Part shown: in pieces, positions 8,046-16,230 of the stretch
Layout of the letters: each line of letters begins with the position of its first letter
Numbering within the stretch: the stretch's first letter is position 1
NCBI GenBank assembly: GCA_036444275.1
Contig: JAZGAD010000037.1
Span: forward strand, 1-21,579
Reading direction: 5' to 3'
Source of the DNA: Candidatus Hydrothermarchaeales archaeon
GTDB lineage: Archaea > Hydrothermarchaeota > Hydrothermarchaeia > Hydrothermarchaeales > JAZGAD01
DNA length: 21,579 nucleotides
Made by a program: the position numbers and the translations under genes
The notes under the pieces: generated by a model
Told to the model about the DNA's origin: nothing
Database searches by the model: none
The model's input: only the letters and a program-made list of their open reading frames with translations

Positions 8046-8638
8046 GTCCCCCTACGGGGAAAAGGTGCTACGAAGAGTTTGTACTTACCCTTGCCCAGCC
8101 TCGTCCCCTCCTCCTCGAGTTCTGTGGCTATCCTCTTTACTATGATCTTCTTAGGATCGTACAGAGACTTCACTCTCTGCGAGATATCCTTGAAGGACTT
8201 AAAGGGCTTCTTCTTCCTCTCCTCTATAATCTCCCACATCAGCTTTTTACCTATACCTGGAAGGAGTTCAAGCTGATGCAGTCTTGTAGTCAAAGGTTGG
8301 GCCTCATTGAAGAAATTCACATATCGCGTCTCAGTTTGTTCTACGATTTCAGTCACCACGTAGGGGAGTTCGGACCTAGCAGTAGCGCTGAGAGCATCGT
8401 AGGTAGTCCTCCTCTTTATATAGGCCACCTTATCCCGCTCGTCCTTGCCTATGTACACCCTCTCATGTAGATCAAGCGTAACCCCCTGTCTCGGGATGAG
8501 TTCGATAAGGGTTAGGAACTTCTCCCCTAGGCCGAAGGCCACTGGTTCCTTTTTATATATAGGCCGCTCGTCCTCAATCTTGCCTAAGGAGAGGTAGTCC
8601 AAAATAATGGCATAATCTTCCATACCCATAAGGATCAC
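8042..8638 (-). CDS. DUF655 family putative RNA-binding protein (COG1491)
   Basis: EDYAIILDYL, ERVYIGK..RDK and TTRLHQLELLPGIGKK motifs. Conserved position between rpoF and rsmA. Confidence 0.93.
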   Translation of the reverse strand: MILMGMEDYAIILDYLSLGKIEDERPIYKKEPVAFGLGEKFLTLIELIPRQGVTLDLHERVYIGKDERDKVAYIKRRTTYDALSATARSELPYVVTEIVEQTETRYVNFFNEAQPLTTRLHQLELLPGIGKKLMWEIIEERKKKPFKSFKDISQRVKSLYDPKKIIVKRIATELEEEGTRLGKGKYKLFVAPFPRRGT

Positions 8639-8652
8639 CTTGAATAGTTACC

Positions 8653-8988
8653 TTACTTCACCCCATCTATGACCTTCAATATCTCCCCAATCTCTTCCTT
8701 AGTCAGAACGTATCTCTCCTTAGCGAATATAGCGCGGACATCCTCTTCGTCCCGTGGTAGCAGGTCCACTATCTTTACTGCTATCTCTGGCTTGATCTTC
8801 TCTGTTTTCAACAGCTCTTCTACAGCCTTTTTGGCCTTCGTCGGATTCAGTTTAATAAGCTTGGCTAGGTAATCTACGGTGGTCCTCTGTTCATAGTTCA
8901 ACTCTTCTTTAGCTCCTCTCTTCTCCAAAATGGACTTGGCTTCAGAGCTGGTAATTGGTCTTTCCTCTAATACTTTTTTACCTATCAT
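8653..8988 (-). CDS. rpoF: DNA-directed RNA polymerase subunit Rpo4 (RpoF)
   Basis: MIGKKVLEERPI...ELNYEQR...AVKIVDLLP...DVRAIFAKER; conserved gene context. Confidence 0.95.
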   Translation of the reverse strand: MIGKKVLEERPITSSEAKSILEKRGAKEELNYEQRTTVDYLAKLIKLNPTKAKKAVEELLKTEKIKPEIAVKIVDLLPRDEEDVRAIFAKERYVLTKEEIGEILKVIDGVK

Positions 8989-9009
8989 ATATCCGGACCC
9001 CCCTAAAGA

Positions 9010-9306
9010 TTAGCCCTCCCTTTGAACCTTAAGATGAACTGGCGCTGAGATCAGGGTCTTCTTCGCGTTCCCATCACTTACTTCCACAAGGTATCCTCGT
9101 CCTCTTTTCCCTATCACGGTGCCGGTCTTCCCATGGAACCTGGGATGGGGTTGCCCCTTTTGGACGCTGGGCTCTATCACTACATGGACACTATCGCCGA
9201 TCTCGAACCTATGCATAACCCTAGAAAGCGATAATAGGCCCTTCTTTCTCACGTCTTTTCTCAATTTATGCCTGGTCTTACTTCTGGAGCCTTTTGATCT
9301 CTTCAT
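9010..9306 (-). CDS. rpl21e: 50S ribosomal protein eL21 (L21e)
   Basis: RSKG.RSKTR.KL.K and PSVQKGQPHPRFHGKTGTV...PVHLK motifs. Confidence 0.97.
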   Translation of the reverse strand: MKRSKGSRSKTRHKLRKDVRKKGLLSLSRVMHRFEIGDSVHVVIEPSVQKGQPHPRFHGKTGTVIGKRGRGYLVEVSDGNAKKTLISAPVHLKVQREG

Positions 9307-9379
9307 TCCGAATCAGCCCTAATTGATTTTTAGAGTAAATTAGTGTCTGCCTCTATTTATTAATTTCTACTATTCAAGT

Positions 9380-10693
9380 TCAGAATTTGAAGTCCCGCAT
9401 CATTCTCCTCAAAGGCCCTCTGGTGAATCTACCTTTCTTGAAGCCCTTTAAGGCTTTTTTCATTGTTTCGTAGTACTTTATTAATTCCTTTACCTCCTCA
9501 GGCGTTGTACCGGAGCCCCTGGATATCCTCTTTACCCTAGAGGAACTCAGTTTGGCTTCCCTCTTCTCTTCCTTGGTCATGGAGTCCATGATGGACAGAA
9601 ATTTTTTAAACTTATCCTCAGTTTCCTCTGCCTCTAGGGGCATACTGGGCAATCCAGGGATCATCTTGAGGACGCTGCTCAATGGCCCCATTTTACTTAT
9701 AGTTTCTATCTGCTCCCTTAGATCGAGGAGGGTGAAGTCTCCCTTCAGAATCTCCATGGCCCTCTCCTCATCGATTACCTCCTTGGCTTTCTCAAGAAGC
9801 GCCTGGAGGTCGCCCATGCCTAAGAGACGGGATATGAATCTATCAGCGTCGAAGGGCTCTAGGTTGTCAATCTTCTCCCCAGTGCCGATGAAGACTATCG
9901 ATGATCCAGTCTCTGCAACCGCTGACAAAGCTCCGCCCCCTTTAGCTGAGCCATCCAGCTTGGTCAGGACGACGCCCGTTATGCCTATAGCATCATGGAA
10001 GGCTTTAGCCTGAACACCTGCCTGTTGCCCTAGGCTGGAATCTATTATTAAGAACTTCTCGTCAGGCTGAAAAACAGCGTCTATGCTCAGCATTTCCTCA
10101 AAGAGATCCTCCTGGGATTTATGCCTTCCAGCGGTATCAAGGATAACCATATCTGCCTTTGCTTCCTTCAGTCCCCGCCTTACAACCTCTAGGGCATCCT
10201 TTTCCTTACCAGGCTCCCCATAGACACCAACACCGAGAGGTTCAGCCAGCTGGACCGCTTGCTCATAGGCAGCTGGCCTATGGGTATCTGCAGCAATAAT
10301 GAATGACTTTACCCCACGCTTGGTATAGAATTTGGCCAGTTTAACACATGTGGTAGTCTTACCTGAGCCCTGGAGGCCGACCATCATTATTTTGCCCCCA
10401 GAGAGGCCCGTATCTACATGCATCTTGCCCTTGCCCAAGAGACCGGTCAGCTCTTCATAGACTATAGTTATCACGTGCTCCTTCTTCGTCAGTCCAGCTT
10501 TGGGCTTTTCAGTGAGAGCCCTCTCCTCTATCCTATTGGAGAGTTCGAGGACCAAGCTTACCTTTACATCTGCACTGAGTAAGGCCCTCTGAATATCCTT
10601 AACTGCTTCCTTGACCAGCTTCTTATCCACTAGGGCGGCAGATGCTATCCTTTTAACAACAGCAGAGAGGGATCCCCCCAGTTTATCTAGCAT
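9380..10693 (-). CDS. srp54: Signal recognition particle 54 kDa protein
   Basis: DIQRALLSADV, GLQGSGKTTT, DTAGR, TKLDGSAKGGGA, and a Met-rich M domain (IMDSMT...RISRGSG). Confidence 0.97.
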   Translation of the reverse strand: MLDKLGGSLSAVVKRIASAALVDKKLVKEAVKDIQRALLSADVKVSLVLELSNRIEERALTEKPKAGLTKKEHVITIVYEELTGLLGKGKMHVDTGLSGGKIMMVGLQGSGKTTTCVKLAKFYTKRGVKSFIIAADTHRPAAYEQAVQLAEPLGVGVYGEPGKEKDALEVVRRGLKEAKADMVILDTAGRHKSQEDLFEEMLSIDAVFQPDEKFLIIDSSLGQQAGVQAKAFHDAIGITGVVLTKLDGSAKGGGALSAVAETGSSIVFIGTGEKIDNLEPFDADRFISRLLGMGDLQALLEKAKEVIDEERAMEILKGDFTLLDLREQIETISKMGPLSSVLKMIPGLPSMPLEAEETEDKFKKFLSIMDSMTKEEKREAKLSSSRVKRISRGSGTTPEEVKELIKYYETMKKALKGFKKGRFTRGPLRRMMRDFKF

Positions 10694-10714
10694 GTTTAGG
10701 AAGAAGGGGGAGTG

Positions 10715-10732
10715 CTAATAAAAAGATTTTCG
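10715..10732 (-). promoter_or_regulatory. BRE/TATA promoter of srp54 (probably leaderless)
   Basis: Minus strand reads CGAAAATCTTTTTATTAG about 23-31 nt upstream of the ATG; no SD. Confidence 0.5.
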
Positions 10733-10748
10733 AATTTGGCGTAATTGA

Positions 10749-12512
10749 TTAATCGAACCTCAGCAATAGAGAGTCAAGGACTGCTTTCAAGCCACCTATG
10801 CTGAAGGGTTTTATGACCTGTATATTATTGGTCCTATCAGATTCTAGGAGCCAGTACTCTTTGTCCAGCTCAACAGCGACAGGATTCGAATGCGATGTGA
10901 ACTCTACCTCCTTAGTAAAGCCGTCCATCCATATCCTCTTGGTCAATTCGCCTTTCGAAGTCCTTAAGGTAACGTCAAGAGGCATCTTTACCAGATCTCC
11001 CCTCTGGGATATACTAACCCTAGTGCAGTAGCCACTGCTGCAGGGCGTGACTGAGGCACCATCCACGGCATAGTCGGGTATAGCTGTATCCCTGATCCAC
11101 TCGTTGAAGAACCAGTCCAACTCGCCGTAGACATCCTCGCTTGTCCTCTGAAAGTCCTCCAAGGTGGCGCTTCTCCCGCCGTAGTCTTGAATATATACAT
11201 CGATGATCCCGTTAAATGCTTCTTCGCCCACTACGTATCGCAGCATATGGAGTACAAAAGCACCCTTGCTGTATAATATGGCATGGTAATCAGGGCTGCC
11301 GTAATCTATTTCCATTTCAGCTATAGGTGTATCTGCCTCGACCTGAAGGTACTCCCTCCTCTTCTCCTTCAGGGACTCAAGCATCTTATCCCTCCCGTAT
11401 TCTGCCTCTAGGAACATCATAGCAGAATAGGTGGCAAAGCCCTCGTTCAGCCAGAGATTCTTAGAAGGAGTACTTGACGATGATACCTTGATACCATAGA
11501 AGGGCAGAAGGTTGTAGCCGCCCTCTGCCGCTACAAGAGCACCCCACCAGTTATGTGCGATCTCGTGAGCAAGGAACTCTAGGGACTGCCTCTTGAATAC
11601 GTTGGCCTGAAGCATGATGAAACCCTGGTCGCCATGCCCACCGAAGAAGGATTCAGGCATCTCCACTACAGCGAATTTATCGTAGGGATATCCCTTGAAT
11701 CTTGAAATGTAGAACTCGAGGATCTTCTTGGAAGCCCTAATACATTCATCAGCGAAATAGAAATCTTCCTCCGTGAGATAACACGAGATCCTGATCACCT
11801 TCCCTCGTGTGTGTTTGGGATATGCGATGCCACTAGCGCCTACAACAATGGACTTGCTGTCAACAGGCACAGGTTTCTCTTCAGCATCATCAATATAGTA
11901 ATCAGCGACTTTCGTTCTGTATCTCCCAACAACAAAGGATATGCCGAAAGCTGGCGTTGAGTCTTCCCATACGTACTCCAGCTTCTCTTCTTCATTGACC
12001 TCTCGAACCTCCACTAGCTCGCCAGAGGTTACAGTTGAGTATCCCTTGGGCACTCTGAGGGTTATACTGGCTGGCGCTCGATCCCCATGTATAGTAGGAT
12101 ACCATAGGGATTCGTAGATCATGTAGCTCACGTCCTCTCCGATATACCCCCATTGGAATCCGCTGCTCTGTTCAAAGGTGCCGGAGTAATCAATCCTAAT
12201 CTCTATCTCGCCCGCTTTTTCTATGGCTTCTCCAAAGACGACGATTAGCTCGTCCCCTCTTCTCTCGAACTTAAGCTCCTTACCTGATGAGACTGTTCGG
12301 TCTATTCTTAGTTCCTTATTTAATACGAAGACGACTTCCCTTGTATCTTCTAACGCCTCAAGTTGCATTGTTATTGAAGCATGGAAGGCGTGCTCTCCAG
12401 GTGATATTTCTAGGACAATGTCGTAGTGGAGTATATCTACATTAGTTGCGGCACTAGCGCTTACAGCAGGCAGAAAACACAAGATGGCCAAGAATAAGTA
12501 GATTTTCCTCAA
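10749..12512 (-). CDS. Secreted M1-family (gluzincin) metallo-aminopeptidase-like protein, atypical
   Basis: HEIAH, WLNEGFATY and YSKGAFVLHMLR motifs. Likely start is TTG at 12512 (GGTGG SD, signal peptide MRKIYLFLAILCFLPAVSASA) rather than ATG at 12650. Confidence 0.85.
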   Translation of the reverse strand: MRKIYLFLAILCFLPAVSASAATNVDILHYDIVLEISPGEHAFHASITMQLEALEDTREVVFVLNKELRIDRTVSSGKELKFERRGDELIVVFGEAIEKAGEIEIRIDYSGTFEQSSGFQWGYIGEDVSYMIYESLWYPTIHGDRAPASITLRVPKGYSTVTSGELVEVREVNEEEKLEYVWEDSTPAFGISFVVGRYRTKVADYYIDDAEEKPVPVDSKSIVVGASGIAYPKHTRGKVIRISCYLTEEDFYFADECIRASKKILEFYISRFKGYPYDKFAVVEMPESFFGGHGDQGFIMLQANVFKRQSLEFLAHEIAHNWWGALVAAEGGYNLLPFYGIKVSSSSTPSKNLWLNEGFATYSAMMFLEAEYGRDKMLESLKEKRREYLQVEADTPIAEMEIDYGSPDYHAILYSKGAFVLHMLRYVVGEEAFNGIIDVYIQDYGGRSATLEDFQRTSEDVYGELDWFFNEWIRDTAIPDYAVDGASVTPCSSGYCTRVSISQRGDLVKMPLDVTLRTSKGELTKRIWMDGFTKEVEFTSHSNPVAVELDKEYWLLESDRTNNIQVIKPFSIGGLKAVLDSLLLRFD

Positions 12513-12646
12513 CTTCAGACCACCGCCCGCTCCTTTTCCTTCTTCATTTCGCAGCCCTCTAGTTTTTCTGTTGGAAATGATATTTAATATTATCGAATCA
12601 AAATCAAAAGAAACGAAAGCCGCGTTAACATCGACGAGGGGAAATT

Positions 12647-13465
12647 TCATTTTACCCAGCCAAAGGACTCCTTGAGCCCAGAGGCATTTCTATGGTACCT
12701 GCCGAATTCCCCAGTTTCTAACTCCTTATCTCGGAAAACTGGCCCCTCCTTGCAGACTCTAAGCCCGTTCTTGTCCAGTATGCATTGCCCGCACACACCT
12801 ATGCCACATTTGAAGTATCTCTCCACACAAGCTTGGGTTGGGATTCTGCCCTTGGTCTGCTGGAGCACCTTGTACATCATTATCTCTGGACCGCAGGTAA
12901 AACACTGATCGAAGCTTTCCTCTTCTAATAGTTTCTTAAGGGCGTCTGTAGTGAAGCCCTTCATACCAGCGCTACCGTCGTCGGTAGTAATCAATACCCT
13001 GGCTCCAGCCTTCTCCATGCGCTCTGCGAACAAAATCCCGGATGCACTAAGCGCCCCGATGATAGCAGTCACGTCTCTTCCCTCTTTCAAGGCTTTATCA
13101 GCCAGAGGCGCGAGGGGCGCTACTCCAACACCCCCGCCTATAGTGAGAATCTTGTCGCCAGTAACCTTGAAGCCTCTCCCCAATGGCCCTCGAAAGCCAA
13201 GGAGCTCACCTTCTTTCATCGTCATCATCTTGCCGGTAAATGGCCCAACTTCCAGTACGGTAACTCCTATGTAGCCCTCGGTATAGGAGAGGCTCATGGG
13301 CTTCTCATCCAAGCCTGGGATCCAGCACATGATAAACCGCCCGGGCATAGCGCTGATCTCTGCATTTAGGATGAATGTTTTGATTTTATTGGTCTCCTCA
13401 ATAACCTCCCTTATCTTAACAGTCCTCATGGCGGCACGTTCTCTCTTTTCAACTTTTTCGTCCAT
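12647..13465 (-). CDS. pyrK: Dihydroorotate dehydrogenase electron transfer subunit (FAD/NAD/[2Fe-2S])
   Basis: PGRFIMCWIPG.DEKPMSLS, GFRGPLGRGF, IGGGVGVAPL, TCGPEIMM and CGIGVCGQC...VCKEGPVF motifs. Confidence 0.9.
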   Translation of the reverse strand: MDEKVEKRERAAMRTVKIREVIEETNKIKTFILNAEISAMPGRFIMCWIPGLDEKPMSLSYTEGYIGVTVLEVGPFTGKMMTMKEGELLGFRGPLGRGFKVTGDKILTIGGGVGVAPLAPLADKALKEGRDVTAIIGALSASGILFAERMEKAGARVLITTDDGSAGMKGFTTDALKKLLEEESFDQCFTCGPEIMMYKVLQQTKGRIPTQACVERYFKCGIGVCGQCILDKNGLRVCKEGPVFRDKELETGEFGRYHRNASGLKESFGWVK

Positions 13466-13675
13466 GTGTCGATCCCCCTGTATACTTAGGGTGAGTTGGA
13501 GTAAACAATATTAGCAAGTATTCGTTCAATAAAAAACCTTGTCTATAATGCAATCATATAGGCTTACAATTGGAGTTTATGCTAAAATCTTGGAGTCTGC
13601 AGGAAAAGAACATAAATTAAGCTTAATTAATATATCTCATCTCAACAGCAAGTACTAGGGAATGAATGATTTAGG

Positions 13676-14434
13676 ATGCGACTAGAATCAAGGAAACGGA
13701 CGGTTAGCTGGGGTACCCTTATCGCAGCTGTCGGCCTGCTGATTGTTGGATCAATAATTGGTGTCCTTGTATACAAAAACTTGAGCCAAGCAGAACCAAA
13801 AATGCCGTCCACTACTTCTACAACCGTACCACCCACCGTGGTGCCGAAATCGATCCAAGTTGAAAAAGGAATTAATGAACTGGCGAAATACCGAGATCTG
13901 ATTAAGAGGGAAAAGGAGGCGTATAGCAAGGGTTTCTCTGACCTAACTAATGATTATAATCAGGAGTACAAAGTAAAAACGAATGTTACGGATGTTGCGA
14001 GTGCTCAAGAGCTTACCATAGAACTTTTGAGAAAGTATCGAAAACTGATAAAGGATCTAGGAGATGTTCACGAGTCACAGATCAAAGAGGCATCGATGAA
14101 TCTACCTAGAACCGAGGAACGATACGTATTGGCGGAATGGGAATTTTCACGGGAGATATTGGACTCCACTTTTTTCCTGATGCACGATCTAGGGCTATTT
14201 TCCAATATGATAAATGAGGGGTACGGGATAGACAAATCTACCTCTGATTTATATATCCTGCAGATTGATGGGGTAATCACTACTCTGGAAGATACGTCTA
14301 CGTGGCTCCGGGATCAAAACGAAACCTATCTTAAGATCTATAATGCGACCAAGCAAGAGAGCTTAAAAGAAATAGATGAAGCGGTCCAGGGGTTAGATTT
14401 TTTCAAGAAACTTCTGGCCAGTAGCATCGTTTAG
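13676..14434 (+). CDS. Hypothetical membrane-anchored, largely helical protein
   Basis: 252-aa ORF: basic N-terminus, one TM segment, Thr/Pro-rich linker (PSTTSTTVPPTVVP), helical-looking body. No family recognised. Confidence 0.75.
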   Translation: MRLESRKRTVSWGTLIAAVGLLIVGSIIGVLVYKNLSQAEPKMPSTTSTTVPPTVVPKSIQVEKGINELAKYRDLIKREKEAYSKGFSDLTNDYNQEYKVKTNVTDVASAQELTIELLRKYRKLIKDLGDVHESQIKEASMNLPRTEERYVLAEWEFSREILDSTFFLMHDLGLFSNMINEGYGIDKSTSDLYILQIDGVITTLEDTSTWLRDQNETYLKIYNATKQESLKEIDEAVQGLDFFKKLLASSIV

Positions 14435-14482
14435 GGTTTTATTTTATCGTAGGTACTAGCCTAGAAAACAGAGCAGAATGGA

Positions 14483-14520
14483 GGCTGAGACAGCCGCCTT
14501 GGAATTATTTTTTTTCCTTT
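14483..14520 (+). terminator. Possible terminator between convergent genes
   Basis: Short hairpin GGCTG-AGA-CAGCC (14483-14495) followed by the T tract TTATTTTTTTTCCTTT. Confidence 0.35.
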
Positions 14521-14522
14521 CC

Positions 14523-15185
14523 CTACTTCCGCATCCCCCTCAAGCTCGTGACCATATTTATTGCTTCCTTCAAGGCATTTGTTGCATCTGGAGCATAGCC
14601 GTCTGCCCCCCACATATCAGCTACCTTTTCAGTCACTGGCGCACCCCCAATCATGATCTTCACGTCTGGGTTCTTCTCCCTCAGCTTCTCAATTGCTTTC
14701 TTCATTCCCACCATCGTAGTCGTCATCATTGCTGAGAGGCATATTATGTCGCTGTTAGTCTTTATCTGCTCATCCACGAACTTATCAAGAGGAACATCCT
14801 TGCCCAAGTCATGCACAGTGAAGCCCGCGATCTCGAACATCATGCGGACTATGTTCTTCCCTATGTCGTGGACATCACCTTCTACGGTGCCTATGATTAC
14901 TTCTCCCTTTATCCTGCCCTCGCCCGCTTTCACATGGGGCTTAAGGATGTCTAAGCCGGCGTATAGAGCCTCTGCACACATCAACACCTCTGGGACAAAG
15001 TATTCGTTCCTCTCGAATAGCTCGCCGACCTCTTCCATACCAACAGATAAGCCCTCGAATATTCCTTCCTGGGCGTCCATCCCGCTGTCTAATAACTCAT
15101 TAGCATACTTCTTTACCTTCTCGGCATCGTATCTCACAACGCCCTCCTTCAATCCCTTCAGAATCTCATTTTTCCTCTCAGCCAT
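14523..15185 (-). CDS. Methyltransferase cognate corrinoid (B12-binding) protein, MtaC/MtbC/MtsB family
   Basis: Cap domain (GMEEVGELFERNEYFVPEVL), GTVEGDVHDIGKNIV (DxHxxG), SAMMTTTM, IGGAP and GADGY motifs. Confidence 0.94.
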   Translation of the reverse strand: MAERKNEILKGLKEGVVRYDAEKVKKYANELLDSGMDAQEGIFEGLSVGMEEVGELFERNEYFVPEVLMCAEALYAGLDILKPHVKAGEGRIKGEVIIGTVEGDVHDIGKNIVRMMFEIAGFTVHDLGKDVPLDKFVDEQIKTNSDIICLSAMMTTTMVGMKKAIEKLREKNPDVKIMIGGAPVTEKVADMWGADGYAPDATNALKEAINMVTSLRGMRK

Positions 15186-15204
15186 CTCTATCCCCCTGTT
15201 TTAA

Positions 15205-16224
15205 TTAATGCACTCCATATTCTCTGGTAGCATTCACGAGAGCAAGCATGTTTTCTCTTGGCACAGCTGGCCATATATCACAGCCGGGCATGACTCCGCT
15301 GACACCGTCTCTTATTGCCCTTTTTACAGCTTGCTTAACATCATTGGGGGTGCCCTTGACTAAGGCACTGTATGGGTCTATATTTCCCAGGATTATAGCA
15401 TCTTCCCCTAATTTTTTTCTAATTCTGGTGATGTCACTCCGCTGCTCCACGCTTATCCCCTCTGCCCCACATTGATGCATGAGTTCCACAATTGGATCGG
15501 TGTTCCCGCATATATGTAGAATCCTCGGTGGACGCACCTCTGTAATCACCCTCTTCAATGAAGGCATTACCAAGCTCTCGAACATTCTCGGGCTGATCAC
15601 GTCGCTGCTGGCACCCATCTCCCTTATAGTGAGGAAATCAGCTCCAGCATTCTTCATCACGCCAGCTATCGAGATTATAACTTCTGCCAGTTTATCCAGG
15701 AGTATGCTAACTCGCTCTGGTTCCTTAAACGATGTCTTGAGGAGTTCGTTGAGGTCCGTAACCTGGCCCGCAAGAGTAAAGGGTCCAAGAACGAAGACAC
15801 CTATGGCTACTTCTGTACCGATATCCTCTTTAAGGTGCTTGACAGCAGCTTCAACGATAGGCACTCTCCCCTTTTTCTCAACGTCTATTTCCCGTTTCCA
15901 TTCTTCAGCATTGATCTTGGTCTTCACCGTTGGGTAGATAATCCCTTCCCTAGCCTCATAGAAATTCAACTCACACCCCATTGCTTCTGCTTCCAAGCCG
16001 ATATCAAAGGGTACGACAGCGCTATCGAATCCAAAAAGTTTGTAGGTTGAAGCTGCAAGACTAGCCATCTTTTCAGCGTCGATATGCACTTCAGAAAATC
16101 TGAAACCCAGTTCATCGAGACCGGTTTGGGTGATGTTACCCATGCCGCTGAAACAGGGGATACAATCTACCTCCTCCCCCCGCAGGAGATCCAGCACCCT
16201 CCCTCTAGGCGTGATCTTCTCCAT
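15205..16224 (-). CDS. MtaA/CmuA-family (UroD-fold) methylcobamide:thiol methyltransferase
   Basis: EAEAMGC, GRVP.V..A, LGPFTLA, the Zn-ligand motif LHICG...PGCD, and GNIDP. Adjacent to the corrinoid protein. Confidence 0.9.
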   Translation of the reverse strand: MEKITPRGRVLDLLRGEEVDCIPCFSGMGNITQTGLDELGFRFSEVHIDAEKMASLAASTYKLFGFDSAVVPFDIGLEAEAMGCELNFYEAREGIIYPTVKTKINAEEWKREIDVEKKGRVPIVEAAVKHLKEDIGTEVAIGVFVLGPFTLAGQVTDLNELLKTSFKEPERVSILLDKLAEVIISIAGVMKNAGADFLTIREMGASSDVISPRMFESLVMPSLKRVITEVRPPRILHICGNTDPIVELMHQCGAEGISVEQRSDITRIRKKLGEDAIILGNIDPYSALVKGTPNDVKQAVKRAIRDGVSGVMPGCDIWPAVPRENMLALVNATREYGVH

Positions 16225-16230
16225 CTTGCC

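Noticed and set aside
12513-12650. N-terminal extension of the M1 peptidase ORF from ATG 12650
   Set aside because: It would bury the signal peptide, and the stretch is AT-rich with a TATA-like element (about 12581-12590). TTG at 12512 has an SD. The 4-nt overlap with pyrK means the longer start is not fully excluded.
14500-14525. Pyrrolysine readthrough of the corrinoid gene TAG
   Set aside because: The protein is already full length and an in-frame TAA follows within six codons. No Pyl or Sec recoding was evident in any gene.
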